Notes under the pieces: model-generated
What the model saw: only the letters and a program-made list of their open reading frames with translations
What the model was told of the DNA's origin: nothing
Databases searched by the model: none
Part shown: positions 54,977-64,000 of the stretch, piece by piece
Numbering within the stretch: position 1 is the stretch's first letter
How the letters are laid out: every line of letters begins with the position of its first letter
DNA from: Opitutales bacterium
GTDB lineage: Bacteria > Verrucomicrobiota > Verrucomicrobiia > Opitutales > Seribacteraceae
DNA length: 64,000 bases
Direction: 5' to 3'
Assembly: GCA_965661905.1 (NCBI GenBank)
Contig: CBFIFQ010000001.1
Coordinates: 1,138-65,137 of the forward strand
Position numbers and translations under genes: made by a program

Positions 54977-56260
54977 TCAAGTTGGCTGGCCCGCGGGTGC
55001 GGCAAATTTCTCAACCGGATATACTGTGTCAATTTGAGAAAGTAAGAAACTTGTAGGAGTATAATTACGGAAAAGCTCAACCGTATCGCCATTTTTGAGC
55101 ATCACAACCGAAGTAACCGTAATTTCAGGAGTTTTTGGAGGAGCAAATAAAATATCGTCGTGGGAAGCATTTAGCCTGGAATTAAATAAATCTGGCGTAA
55201 GATTGCCACCGAGGTGATCACTTCGACCTGTAGCCACATGGCAAGTACCTAATATTTTCTCGTCCTGAATATCCTTGCCCGAAAAAGGGAGTAATTGAGT
55301 ACCAAAACCTAGTTCACCAATAATCCCGGTAGCGGGATCATCAAGTAGTTGCTGATTGCGTTCACTAACAAGTGATGCATCTCCTTCTATCAAAATCGCT
55401 TTTTGAATGGCTCCATCAGACACAACCATTTCGGCAAGGGTACCGTCAGAATAGCGGAAGGGAAAGGATCCATTAGCACTGGTTGGCACAAAATAAACTT
55501 CACCGGCCGGTAAGTTAGCCACATCTGGTTTTCCAAAAGGACAAAGACCATGGCTTTTTTGAGCAGTTTGTTGGTCACAATCGATGGTCAGGGAAAGTGT
55601 TTCCCCCAACACTTCAAAATTCAGTTCAAAGGCATCTGCCTTATCTAAGGCACTTCGAAAGACTTCTGCTTGTTCACTGATCTTCCGGTAGTCAACGGAC
55701 AGACCTGAGCCAAGGATCGTATCATTGACTCCATGAAGAGTCGCTCCACGAAAATTGTATTTCTTTGCCATCGCGGTAAGCGGAGCAGTTAACGAATAAT
55801 CAGTGATTGCCAAAATAATATCATACTTGGAACAAATATCTTTCTCGAGTGAAAGGTGTTTCCCGTTTTCATCGGAGGCATCATCCTCGGGGTCTAAATT
55901 GCTCCCACCCGTGGTTTTGAATGCAAAAAAATCTACAGATGAATACCCAACCTCAGCTGAGCCCCCATCATTGAGGGAATCGTAAAAATATTTTTTGGCA
56001 TATTGCTGCACTTGAAAACCATCATGATTCATGAAAGCAAAATCTTTCATTAGTCCGATATCAGGTAAGTCAATTAAGATACAAGCGGTAAGTTCCTCAT
56101 CGGTTTTACCAAAACAAGTGGTTAACAACCTGCTGAGAGAAAAGGCTTCGAATTCGTTCAAGTTTGGTGTGTACATGAATGTTAGCTTATATCGATGTTC
56201 TAGCATGCCAAATAATTCTTGATCAATCACGGGGTTAACAGGACTGATTGTGGGCATCAT
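54977..56260 (-). CDS. M29-like (aminopeptidase T/S-like) protein
   Basis: NLPAGEVYFVPTSANGSF, GELGFGTQ, DEKILGTCHVATGRS and NASHDDILF parallel the M29 motifs (P.eEvf.aP, GEfa.GtN, DEKi.GtvH.A.G, S.iH.D). Confidence 0.5.
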   Translation of the reverse strand: MMPTISPVNPVIDQELFGMLEHRYKLTFMYTPNLNEFEAFSLSRLLTTCFGKTDEELTACILIDLPDIGLMKDFAFMNHDGFQVQQYAKKYFYDSLNDGGSAEVGYSSVDFFAFKTTGGSNLDPEDDASDENGKHLSLEKDICSKYDIILAITDYSLTAPLTAMAKKYNFRGATLHGVNDTILGSGLSVDYRKISEQAEVFRSALDKADAFELNFEVLGETLSLTIDCDQQTAQKSHGLCPFGKPDVANLPAGEVYFVPTSANGSFPFRYSDGTLAEMVVSDGAIQKAILIEGDASLVSERNQQLLDDPATGIIGELGFGTQLLPFSGKDIQDEKILGTCHVATGRSDHLGGNLTPDLFNSRLNASHDDILFAPPKTPEITVTSVVMLKNGDTVELFRNYTPTSFLLSQIDTVYPVEKFAAPAGQPT

Positions 56261-56269
56261 TTAAATAAG

Positions 56270-57163
56270 TTATGGCACTGGTCTTGCCCAAAATAATCCG
56301 AGACATGCAAGTACGCCATAAAGGGACACAAAAATCACATTCCACCTCAGCATCTTGTCATACTCTGACTTGCTAGATAAGTTCTTTAACTTTATGCCGC
56401 AGGAAAGACCCAGAGGCAATAGGATCAAAACCGGCGAAATTCGAGAGTCAAAAAGTGGGCATAGAAGCGTCGAAATACCAATACACAGGCAATAAAACAT
56501 TACTCCGAATCTTTTACCGAAAATGACCATCGTTGTTCTTTTTCCGTTGGCTTTGTCTTCTTCAAAGTCACGATAATTATTCACCACTAATATTGAATTT
56601 ACAGCAAAGCCCATACCCAAGCTTACAGCGAATGAAGGTGACCAGGCCATATTCTCCTTACATAAAAGAACATAATGAGTTACCTCAACCGCAACAAAGC
56701 CGTAAAAGAACACAACAAAAACATCGCCCAGACCATTGTACGCAATTGGCCTTGGGCCTCCGGTGTAAAAAATGGCTGAAGCAATGCAGGCACAACCTAC
56801 CCATATTAAATGCAGGGAGCCCTTAGAATTAAATAAGATAAGAAGGCCAGTAAGGAAGCTCAGCAGTAGCACTGCATAAGATGCATTGCGAATATTCTTT
56901 GGATGTAAATCACCGCTTGAAGCGTATCTTTTTGGAGCAATGCTACGATTTCGGTCCGCTCCTTTGATAAAATCATAATAATCATTGGCAAAATTTGTCC
57001 CAATTTGGATCAAGAAGGAAAATAACAAGCACAGAATCAGCAGTTCCCCATCCAGCTTTTTACAACTTGAGAATGCCAATGAGCCCCCCATCAAAACTGG
57101 AAATACACTTGCCACAAGAGTCTTTGGCCTCGTTGCATAAAACCACTGAGTAAAAGAGCTCAC
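56270..57163 (-). CDS. menA: 1,4-dihydroxy-2-naphthoate polyprenyltransferase (UbiA family)
   Basis: WFYATRPKTLVASVFPVLMGGSLAF and NFANDYYDFIKGAD are MenA-type motifs. The protein is polytopic and 297 aa. Confidence 0.8.
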   Translation of the reverse strand: MSSFTQWFYATRPKTLVASVFPVLMGGSLAFSSCKKLDGELLILCLLFSFLIQIGTNFANDYYDFIKGADRNRSIAPKRYASSGDLHPKNIRNASYAVLLLSFLTGLLILFNSKGSLHLIWVGCACIASAIFYTGGPRPIAYNGLGDVFVVFFYGFVAVEVTHYVLLCKENMAWSPSFAVSLGMGFAVNSILVVNNYRDFEEDKANGKRTTMVIFGKRFGVMFYCLCIGISTLLCPLFDSRISPVLILLPLGLSCGIKLKNLSSKSEYDKMLRWNVIFVSLYGVLACLGLFWARPVP

Positions 57164-57169
57164 TTCAAT

Positions 57170-57889
57170 TTACCTGTTGATCGCAAATGGGAACCGAAAA
57201 TGAGAGCGGTATTTTTCAGGAACACGGCGAAAACCATTGGGTGGAACCGGTAATTTATAAGGCCACTGAATATCAACTTGAAGAGCAAGGTACCCATTGC
57301 TAGGGTGGTGCTGGTGGCGGTGCTCATGGGGAAATTGAGTGATTTTAATTAAATAATAGCGTTCCGATTCAGGAATCCATCGGGAAGAATAGGGAGGGGT
57401 TTTCCACTCCTCACCTTCATGACCTATTAAGGATACTGGACTACCGTTGTTTCGATTAAAATATACGGTTCCTCCGGAGTCTTTATCAAATGAAGCAATC
57501 GTTTCTCCCTCCTGATCATTTCCTTCATTATTCAAATATGATGAGTCTTCCTTTCTTACAACTTGCTCAAACACAACCGCACCTCCATCCTGTCTTGCCA
57601 CTAAAAGGAGGACATGCTCTTCATCAGATTTACTGGGCGGGGATGTTGGGTTATACATATCATCTAAGTTCTTGGTGGCGGCGGCCACTAAAGAAAACCC
57701 CACCCTGTCCGTCTCAACCTCAATGGCATCAATCAAACCGTAGGCGGTGTTTTGGTCTTTAACCTTTCCGACTCCTTCGATCCCCCATGGCAGGAAACCT
57801 AGAAGCCCACCGATTAAAAATCCAAAGACAGCCAGTGCTATCACCACCTCCAGTAACGTAAACCCTGATTTTGCTTTCACCCTAGGCAT
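57170..57889 (-). CDS. prepilin-type N-terminal cleavage/methylation domain protein (minor pseudopilin-like)
   Basis: MPRVKAKSG|FTLLEVVIALAVFGF. The ATG at 57889 lies just after the upstream stop, whereas the track start at 57907 is TTG. Confidence 0.7.
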   Translation of the reverse strand: MPRVKAKSGFTLLEVVIALAVFGFLIGGLLGFLPWGIEGVGKVKDQNTAYGLIDAIEVETDRVGFSLVAAATKNLDDMYNPTSPPSKSDEEHVLLLVARQDGGAVVFEQVVRKEDSSYLNNEGNDQEGETIASFDKDSGGTVYFNRNNGSPVSLIGHEGEEWKTPPYSSRWIPESERYYLIKITQFPHEHRHQHHPSNGYLALQVDIQWPYKLPVPPNGFRRVPEKYRSHFRFPFAINR

Positions 57890-57893
57890 ATAA

Positions 57894-58592
57894 TCAGGGG
57901 CTTTCAAAGTCTGAAATTTCTAAAACAGCGAACCCACCAAAATTCCTCATTAAGATACCAGCAATCTTGTTCGGATCATTAAACCTTAGTTTTTCCGTTG
58001 TATTTGCTGGGTTCGGAGAACCCAAAGCAAGGACAAGCATGAGGGATTGCGGGATTCCACCCGATATACTGTCAGGGGGACGAAGATTTCCTGCCCCATC
58101 AAATTCAATGAATTTAAAGCTCGTGCCACTTGATGATTTAACTCTCTTCCCCTTAAATGATTCAGAAAGAATAAATTCATCATCTCCCCCACTCCATGAA
58201 CAAAAAGCATTGGTTCGCCACCCCTCTGCTCGGATGGAAAGGGATTTATTATCAGGCACAAAGTAAACTCCTTCATTCAGGGATATGCTCTCTCGTTTTA
58301 CAACCCAGGAGTCAGTTTGGTTAGTATCCTTAGAGATAATCTCAATGTGCCTAAAAAACTTTTCTTCATCTTCAGGATCTGCATTAACAATAATTCTCGT
58401 CTCAACTCCGGATGAGGCAGCAATGGTTCTCGCCTGATGAAGTACTCCCAATACATTTCGCTGAGATGCGCCTAGTTCCGCACCACCTCCACCGAGCAAA
58501 GAAAAGCCAATTACTCCCATCATTAAACCCACCACGGCTAAGACCACAAGAAGTTCAATTAGAGTAAAGCCTTGGTTTTCTTCAGGGCGCAT
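57894..58592 (-). CDS. prepilin-type N-terminal cleavage/methylation domain protein
   Basis: MRPEENQG|FTLIELLVVLAVVGLMMG. Confidence 0.75.
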   Translation of the reverse strand: MRPEENQGFTLIELLVVLAVVGLMMGVIGFSLLGGGGAELGASQRNVLGVLHQARTIAASSGVETRIIVNADPEDEEKFFRHIEIISKDTNQTDSWVVKRESISLNEGVYFVPDNKSLSIRAEGWRTNAFCSWSGGDDEFILSESFKGKRVKSSSGTSFKFIEFDGAGNLRPPDSISGGIPQSLMLVLALGSPNPANTTEKLRFNDPNKIAGILMRNFGGFAVLEISDFESP

Positions 58593-58616
58593 AATTGGAA
58601 ATAATAAGGGAAATGC

Positions 58617-59336
58617 TCAATCTACCCCAAGGTATTTTTGAATATTCCACGAAAAAACATTTTCAGTATCGGTTTCTCCGCTGGCATCTTGTAAGACAAA
58701 GATACCCACTTTGTCACGAATGATGCCAATTTTTTCTTTGGCTTGCTCAACAATACTGGGATCGTAGTCGTTTTGAAGGGCTTTCACAATGGATTCTACC
58801 GTAGAACTATCCAGTTTGATTAAGCCATCACCATCCTGGTCCACCACAATGTAGATTTTCCTGCCACCCCAGGCATCGGAAAGAAATCGGCCATTGTTAC
58901 TCTCATCTGCTAAATCAATATTACCAAACTCATCTTCAGAAAAGGAATGAAATTCCTTACTTTTTCTGTTTTGAGCCAGTAAATCTCCCGTTAAGTTTTC
59001 CCAGGTAAAGCTATCCGGGTTCCATGATTTCCCCCGCAGAGCGGCAATAAAAGCATTGTGGTCTTCGTCATCACTTAAATCTGCTGGAATTCCCTCAGCA
59101 TCTTCGAGTAAAAAGGGAGGGAAATATTTATAGTGCTCCTTGTACTGATAGATTTGAGTGACCCACGACCTAAAGGTTGCCTGAGTTTTTGTCCCTTTAG
59201 AACCGCCCAATAGATCAAAAACTTTGGGCCCAACAATACCCATCAGTATTCCGATAATGGAAATAACGACAAGGAGTTCAATCAGAGTGAATCCATGCTT
59301 TGTATCTTTTTGTTTATTTTTTTTCATGACTACCAT
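58617..59336 (-). CDS. prepilin-type N-terminal cleavage/methylation domain protein
   Basis: KDTKHG|FTLIELLVVISIIGILMGIV. An alternative ATG at 59327 removes the 7-nt overlap with the upstream gene. Confidence 0.75.
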   Translation of the reverse strand: MVVMKKNKQKDTKHGFTLIELLVVISIIGILMGIVGPKVFDLLGGSKGTKTQATFRSWVTQIYQYKEHYKYFPPFLLEDAEGIPADLSDDEDHNAFIAALRGKSWNPDSFTWENLTGDLLAQNRKSKEFHSFSEDEFGNIDLADESNNGRFLSDAWGGRKIYIVVDQDGDGLIKLDSSTVESIVKALQNDYDPSIVEQAKEKIGIIRDKVGIFVLQDASGETDTENVFSWNIQKYLGVD

Positions 59337-59983
59337 TTTCCGGGTTCGGTGTGAGGGATATTATCCTCATCCATGGGTTCTTTATTTGGTGTTGAGGTAA
59401 GCTCATTGTCGAAGACGGAAGCTTGTCCATCTTTTCCTTTGCTAAAAAGTAAATACCCTGTGTGCCCATCTCTCCTGGGATACTCATATACATAAGGCCT
59501 CTCCCATGGGTCAATAATCACCACTTGCTCTCTCGGTTCCTTTCCTTCTTCATCGACAAAGACTAAATCAATTTCTGCACCCTGCATGAAAACAGATTTA
59601 AAACCTGTATTATTTTCTGAAAACCCAAAAGAAAAAGTATCATTAGGTAAAAAAGACCTACGAATCTCATCGGCTTTTAACACATCTCCAAACCGATCCG
59701 TAATGCCGATTAAAGCATTAAGTAAAAGGGCATTTTTTTCGGTCTCACCGGATAGATCAGAGTCAGGGTTAATGATAGGATAATCACCATACTCAAGTTT
59801 GTACTGGTTGAGGGCAAGTTTCAGTGCCTCAATTTCACTTTCCGCTTTTTTTTCATCTTGGGCACTGAAGAGGAAATGAGCACCTTTGAAAGTTATACCT
59901 GCTAATATCCCAATGATCGTGATAACAACTAGTAACTCAATAAGAGTGAACCCTTTTCGCTTGGTGGTAACATTTTTATTCAT
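59330..59983 (-). CDS. GspG-like major pseudopilin (extended, 217 aa)
   Basis: KRKG|FTLIELLVVITIIGILAGI, then EIEALKLALNQYKLEYGDYP and DPWERPYVYEYP...LLFSKGKDGQ, as in T2SS protein G. Confidence 0.75.
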   Translation of the reverse strand: MNKNVTTKRKGFTLIELLVVITIIGILAGITFKGAHFLFSAQDEKKAESEIEALKLALNQYKLEYGDYPIINPDSDLSGETEKNALLLNALIGITDRFGDVLKADEIRRSFLPNDTFSFGFSENNTGFKSVFMQGAEIDLVFVDEEGKEPREQVVIIDPWERPYVYEYPRRDGHTGYLLFSKGKDGQASVFDNELTSTPNKEPMDEDNIPHTEPGKW

Positions 59984-60031
59984 AAAAGATTATGACCATC
60001 CGTATGAGATTCTTTTTGTCAATGAAATCAT

Positions 60032-61591
60032 CTACCTCCTTCTTTTATATCTTTCCCTAAAAAAATGTAAGGCGTGGGTAAGCTCTGGAAACCTAAAGAT
60101 AAATAAAACGACAAGATAAGAAAATATGCCAACCGGTATGAACAGAATTACTTGAATAAAGTCAGTCGATTTCCCTGGTCCGATATCGACTAGATCCCTG
60201 ATCCATAGAATAGAAACACACATAACAAGTGAACCCATCAATATGGGTAATAAGTATAAAGGTTTAAACGAGATGCTATCCCGAAGCCTCAACTCAGGCG
60301 TTTTCCAAGCAAGGAATACGGTTTGAAATACTGCAGCTATCACATTTGCCCAGGCCAAGCCATGCACTCCATAGGAAAACATGAGCATAACACTCATAAG
60401 GAGGTTTATGACCATACTTATCATAGCTGCATGCAAGGGAACCGTCATGTTTTTCTTAGAATGAAAAACTTTCACCAGAAACCCGGAGCCTGCGTAAAAA
60501 GGAAGGGCGAAAACAGAAATCAAAAGAATTTCAGAAGCAAGCAGAACATTATCTGCAGTAAACATTCCCCAATTGAAAAGCAGGGAAAGTATGGGGGTTG
60601 CCAGAAGTCCTAGCCCGAAGGCAGCAGCAATAGTTACAGCGCAAGTCAGCCGAACTCCCTGAATTACGCAATTTTTGAAGCGGGCCTGATCTGAATCGCC
60701 TGCATACTTGGCCAACTCAGGGAAGAGAACGGTTGATAGAGAAATAGCGAAAATGCCAAGAGGCAGCTCAATGAGCCTGGAACTTAAAAAAAGGTAAGAT
60801 AAGGAGCCTGAGTCATCGAGCGAAAATGCCAGAAATCTTGAGACTAAAATATTCACCTGAGTAACCGCAGCTCCGAGTGCTCCAATCCAAAAAATTTGAT
60901 TCACTTTATCAAGGGCATCGGAAGTACCCAGGTCTAACTTGAATACCCACTTAAGTTTCAATCTCAGCTCAATGGCAGGCAAAAACATCTGGATCAATCC
61001 ACCGATCACAACAGCTCCACTCAGATAAACTGCAACTTCATAAAGAGATAAATTTTTCCAAACACCAAAAACCAAGAGAGTCACGATCATACTCAGGTTA
61101 AGAAGGATTGGCGATATTCCACCTGCCGCAAACCTCCCATGAGAATTTAAGGCACCCACCATGATTGCCGCACAGCATATGAGGGCAACATAGCCAAATG
61201 AAAGGGAATTTAGATAAGAGGCGATGGACCACTTGGGCTCCGCCCAAGCCCAAAAAGAACTGAAGAAAAAAGAGCCCAGGCAGACAAATAAAACCAGAAA
61301 GCAGAGGGCAACAGCCAGTCGGGAAAGTACTTTATTCAACAAATCAAATGCAGCCTGCAAGGATTTAGTCTTTAAACTTGATGCATAAACTGGAATGAAC
61401 GCTGAACTTAATGTGCCCTCCCCTAGCATCCGCCTGAATAGGTTGGGTATGGTGAAGGCTAAAATAAAAGCTTCTCCATAAATCGATGTGCCAAAAACAG
61501 TAAAGAGCAATATGTCTCGGGCTAAGCCCAAAAACCGGGACAAAACAGTAAGGCCACTTAACAGGAATGCATTACTGAATAACCCGGCCAT
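60032..61591 (-). CDS. murJ: lipid II flippase MurJ/MviN
   Basis: SGLTVLSRFLGLARDILLFTVFG at the N-terminus, about 14 TM segments, 519 aa. Confidence 0.9.
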   Translation of the reverse strand: MAGLFSNAFLLSGLTVLSRFLGLARDILLFTVFGTSIYGEAFILAFTIPNLFRRMLGEGTLSSAFIPVYASSLKTKSLQAAFDLLNKVLSRLAVALCFLVLFVCLGSFFFSSFWAWAEPKWSIASYLNSLSFGYVALICCAAIMVGALNSHGRFAAGGISPILLNLSMIVTLLVFGVWKNLSLYEVAVYLSGAVVIGGLIQMFLPAIELRLKLKWVFKLDLGTSDALDKVNQIFWIGALGAAVTQVNILVSRFLAFSLDDSGSLSYLFLSSRLIELPLGIFAISLSTVLFPELAKYAGDSDQARFKNCVIQGVRLTCAVTIAAAFGLGLLATPILSLLFNWGMFTADNVLLASEILLISVFALPFYAGSGFLVKVFHSKKNMTVPLHAAMISMVINLLMSVMLMFSYGVHGLAWANVIAAVFQTVFLAWKTPELRLRDSISFKPLYLLPILMGSLVMCVSILWIRDLVDIGPGKSTDFIQVILFIPVGIFSYLVVLFIFRFPELTHALHFFRERYKRRR

Positions 61592-61618
61592 ATTCTAACG
61601 AGCCAACGAGAGATTAGC

Positions 61619-61939
61619 TCAACAAGAAGAGGAGCATTGTTTTAACAAAGACTTAGCCTCCTCCAAGGGATCATCATGACCCTGCTTTTCAGCAAGATCG
61701 ATGGTTAGAGAAAGATTTCTCTTTGCCCTTTCAAAATCTTCCAGAGCCAGATAGCACTTGCCAAGTCCCAGGGAAGCCATCATCCAGTCATCAGCAAGCT
61801 TCAGGCAAGTAGCAAATTGGTCACAAGCATTTACATAATCTCCTTGCTCATAATAAGCCTGTGCCAAATTGTATCGGTGAAAACGGTTGGTAGGGCTTGC
61901 ATCAAGCTTCTGTATAAAAGCTTGGATTTTATCACTCAT
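61619..61939 (-). CDS. small TPR-repeat protein
   Basis: YNLAQAYYEQGDYVNACDQFATCLKL and LGLGKCYLALEDFERAKRNLSLTI are TPR-like helix pairs. Confidence 0.55.
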   Translation of the reverse strand: MSDKIQAFIQKLDASPTNRFHRYNLAQAYYEQGDYVNACDQFATCLKLADDWMMASLGLGKCYLALEDFERAKRNLSLTIDLAEKQGHDDPLEEAKSLLKQCSSSC

Positions 61940-61951
61940 CTACTTGTAGCA

Positions 61952-62677
61952 CTACCCGAACTTAACGCAGACGGCAGTGGAATTATCTATCCCACCGTTT
62001 TGATTGGCCAGGTCGATAAGGTAGGAAACCGCATCCGCAGGTTCTTGGTTCCGGATGGTTTCTTCAAGCACAGTCTCTTCAATCATATTAGTGACTCCGT
62101 CGGAGCAGATAAAAACAACAGCACCCGCCGATACCTGGAACTGTCCACGATCCACCTCAAAATCAATATCCTGACCCATGCAACGGGTCAAAGTATGCCC
62201 ATAATGCTCGGGCATATCCAGGGCAGCATTTTCCCCATGTTTTTCCAAAAGTTCGTCTCGTAAGGTGTGTGATTTTGAAACCTTACGGAACCCATCTCCA
62301 TCGAGTAAAAAAATGGAAGAATCACCCACATGAGCAAACATGATATTGCCACCCACGACACGGATCCCCGAAAAAGTTGTCCCTATACCATTTTCACCCC
62401 CAACCAGTTCACCGCATTCTATGATATTTCGATGAATTTTATGGGTGATCACATTCATTTCATCAAGACTTTTGCAGCATGAAGAAGACGATATGAGAGA
62501 ATCATAAAATTTGACCGCGAGTTTGGAGGCAAGGTTACCAAATGGCAACCCCCCTACTCCATCAGCAACGGCAAAAATTCCTTTATCGTTATCAACGACA
62601 AAGGAATCCTCATTATTTTCGCGAACGAAACCAACATCGCTGTGTCCGTGTGATGATAATTGCATAGATTTAAACAA
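61952..62677 (-). CDS. PP2C-family Ser/Thr protein phosphatase
   Basis: GHSDVGFVRENNEDSF, FAVADGVGG, FAHVGDSSIF, ICSDGV and DNSTAVCVKF are PP2C motifs. Confidence 0.85.
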   Translation of the reverse strand: MFKSMQLSSHGHSDVGFVRENNEDSFVVDNDKGIFAVADGVGGLPFGNLASKLAVKFYDSLISSSSCCKSLDEMNVITHKIHRNIIECGELVGGENGIGTTFSGIRVVGGNIMFAHVGDSSIFLLDGDGFRKVSKSHTLRDELLEKHGENAALDMPEHYGHTLTRCMGQDIDFEVDRGQFQVSAGAVVFICSDGVTNMIEETVLEETIRNQEPADAVSYLIDLANQNGGIDNSTAVCVKFG

Positions 62678-62730
62678 TATTTTGTTTCATAGCATGAAAG
62701 GCTTAAAGTCAATTTTCAAAACTATACCTT

Positions 62731-64000
62731 TCAAGCTACATCAAAATCTTCGGCTGAATCGCTGATCAGGGAATCTCTTTCAAAGTTTTTTTTGGGCAAT
62801 TCAGCTAAAAATAATCTTCCGTAAGTTTTCTTGAGAACCCTGGAGTCAAGTATCACAAGTTCTCCAACATCTGTCTTTGACCTTATAAGCCTTCCGACTC
62901 CCTGCCTGAATCGAGTGATTGCATTGGGTAATGTCAGCTCAAAAAATGCCTTCTTGCCTTCCTTGATTAGTTTTTCGCTTTTAGCCTCCATCAAAGGATG
63001 GTTGGGGTTTTCAAAGGGAAGCCTGGTTAAAATGACTTGGGACAAGGCAGGCCCTTTTGCATCGAACCCCTTCCAAAAGCTTTCGGCTCCCAGTAAAAGA
63101 ACATCCCCCTCCTCCATCATCCGGGTGCGCAACTCAGACCTTGAATAATCAATACCCTGAGCATAAACCGATCGCTGTTTTTTCTGCCAAATGCTTTTAA
63201 GGTGCTGGTAACAATAGTGCAGGTCTTGGTAGTTTGTAAACAAAGCAAGCGTGCCTCCTTCCATAGAACTGGCAAGCGAATCGAGTGCCTGAACCAGGTA
63301 GTCAAGGTACTTGGACCTGTCCTGAGACATGGGTTCCGGGCAATCTTCAAATACCCTGATATTCATGCTGAACTCATAGTCAAAGGGAGATTGAACGATG
63401 GTTTTCCTGCCCGTATTGCAGCCAGAGGATTCCACGAAGCGTTCGGGGTCCCCCCTGTGGGTCAGGGTCGCACTTGTCATAATAACCGGCGATTTTTTCC
63501 CAAACAGCTCTTCTTTCAAAATACTGGAAACATCCAATGGGGCACTCCTGAGGTGGATGATTTGCTTTTGCTTCCCCGTCCGCTCAATCCAGTAAACACA
63601 ATCTTTGCTCTTAAGCTCTATAATATCCGAAAGGGAGTGGATGTACCCCTGGAATCTCTTGGATTGGTCCAAAAGCTCAATTTTTAAGGTTTCATCTTCA
63701 CAGGTTTCCCCAAGCTCGATCAAGCCACGAGCCACCTTACTTAAAGGCGGTAGAATATCCAAGGGGAGTTGATTGGGTTCAAGAAGCCTCACCCTGTCTT
63801 TCTGACCCAGGTTTGCCGCATGCAGGTGGTTGAAGAAATCTGAAACTGCATGAATGCCCGACTCTACATTGTCAAAGTCAGAAAGGCGGCCAACTGTCTT
63901 TAAGAGACCTTTCCTCTTGGCAGGGTTATACACTCTCCGTAACGAATTTTCCAAGGCCCATGAACTTATGGATATCCCCAAGTGTTCACTTGCTTCATCG
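62731..64000 (-). CDS. DinG/Rad3-type helicase, C-terminal part; the ORF stays open to the right edge
   Basis: VLLLGAESFWKGFDAKGPALSQVILTRLPFENPNHPLMEAKSE and RFRQGVGRLIRSKTDVGELVILDSR match the helicase_C_2 region. The codons at 63982-63999 are also open, so the gene is 5'-truncated by the window. Confidence 0.8.
   Translation of the reverse strand, partial: DEASEHLGISISSWALENSLRRVYNPAKRKGLLKTVGRLSDFDNVESGIHAVSDFFNHLHAANLGQKDRVRLLEPNQLPLDILPPLSKVARGLIELGETCEDETLKIELLDQSKRFQGYIHSLSDIIELKSKDCVYWIERTGKQKQIIHLRSAPLDVSSILKEELFGKKSPVIMTSATLTHRGDPERFVESSGCNTGRKTIVQSPFDYEFSMNIRVFEDCPEPMSQDRSKYLDYLVQALDSLASSMEGGTLALFTNYQDLHYCYQHLKSIWQKKQRSVYAQGIDYSRSELRTRMMEEGDVLLLGAESFWKGFDAKGPALSQVILTRLPFENPNHPLMEAKSEKLIKEGKKAFFELTLPNAITRFRQGVGRLIRSKTDVGELVILDSRVLKKTYGRLFLAELPKKNFERDSLISDSAEDFDVA

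Noticed and set aside
1-64000. CRISPR arrays, tRNA/rRNA genes, IS elements, integrases, prophage genes and defence systems.
   Set aside because: Intergenic gaps are nearly all under 150 bp. I could not find direct-repeat/spacer periodicity, transposase or integrase motifs, or nuclease/ATPase defence gene pairs. This was not an exhaustive computational scan.

Overview
This 64-kb bacterial window is almost entirely transcribed on the minus strand. No rRNA, tRNA, CRISPR array, IS element or prophage signal was found by eye.

The core (about 3.7-37.9 kb) is a nearly complete flagellar basal-body, hook, export and motor locus in two co-directional blocks.
- Block 1 (37909 down to about 16909): flgB-flgC-fliE-fliF-fliG-fliH-fliI-fliJ-(ylxF-like)-fliK-flgD-flgE-fliL-fliM-fliN-fliO-fliP-fliQ-fliR-flhB-flhA-flhF-(small membrane ORF)-fliA-motA-motB-(small ORF).
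- Block 2 (16805 down to 3671): flgF-flgG-flgA-flgH-flgI-flgJ(rod-binding domain only)-flgN-flgK-flgL-fliW-csrA.
- Each block is headed by a near-consensus sigma-54 (-24/-12) element only 12-14 nt upstream of the first start codon.
- Gene order copies the Bacillus fla/che and flgM-to-hag layouts, but with L/P-ring genes and without che genes, flhG, flgM, flagellin, fliD or fliS.

The most unusual features are the hook-associated proteins. FlgK is 1106 aa and FlgL is 1326 aa. Both are Cys-free and carry very large inserts with repeated CBM5/12-like aromatic modules.

Flanking genes:
- A partial class-III aminotransferase absent from the ORF track, an SCP2-like ORF, a GT28 glycosyltransferase and a DUF1015 protein.
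- A cytoplasmic PAS histidine kinase divergent from flgB.
- M48 peptidase, xseB and dxs.
- A 3385-aa secreted protein with a cupredoxin-like domain, an FG-GAP propeller, cadherin-like modules, SBBP-like repeats and a Trp-rich C-terminus.
- An M29-like peptidase, menA and a four-gene orphan pseudopilin operon.
- murJ, a TPR protein, a PP2C phosphatase and a partial DinG-like helicase.

The pseudopilin paralogues and the giant adhesin architecture suggest a PVC-group-like organism. That is a low-confidence inference. No defence system or mobile element could be supported.
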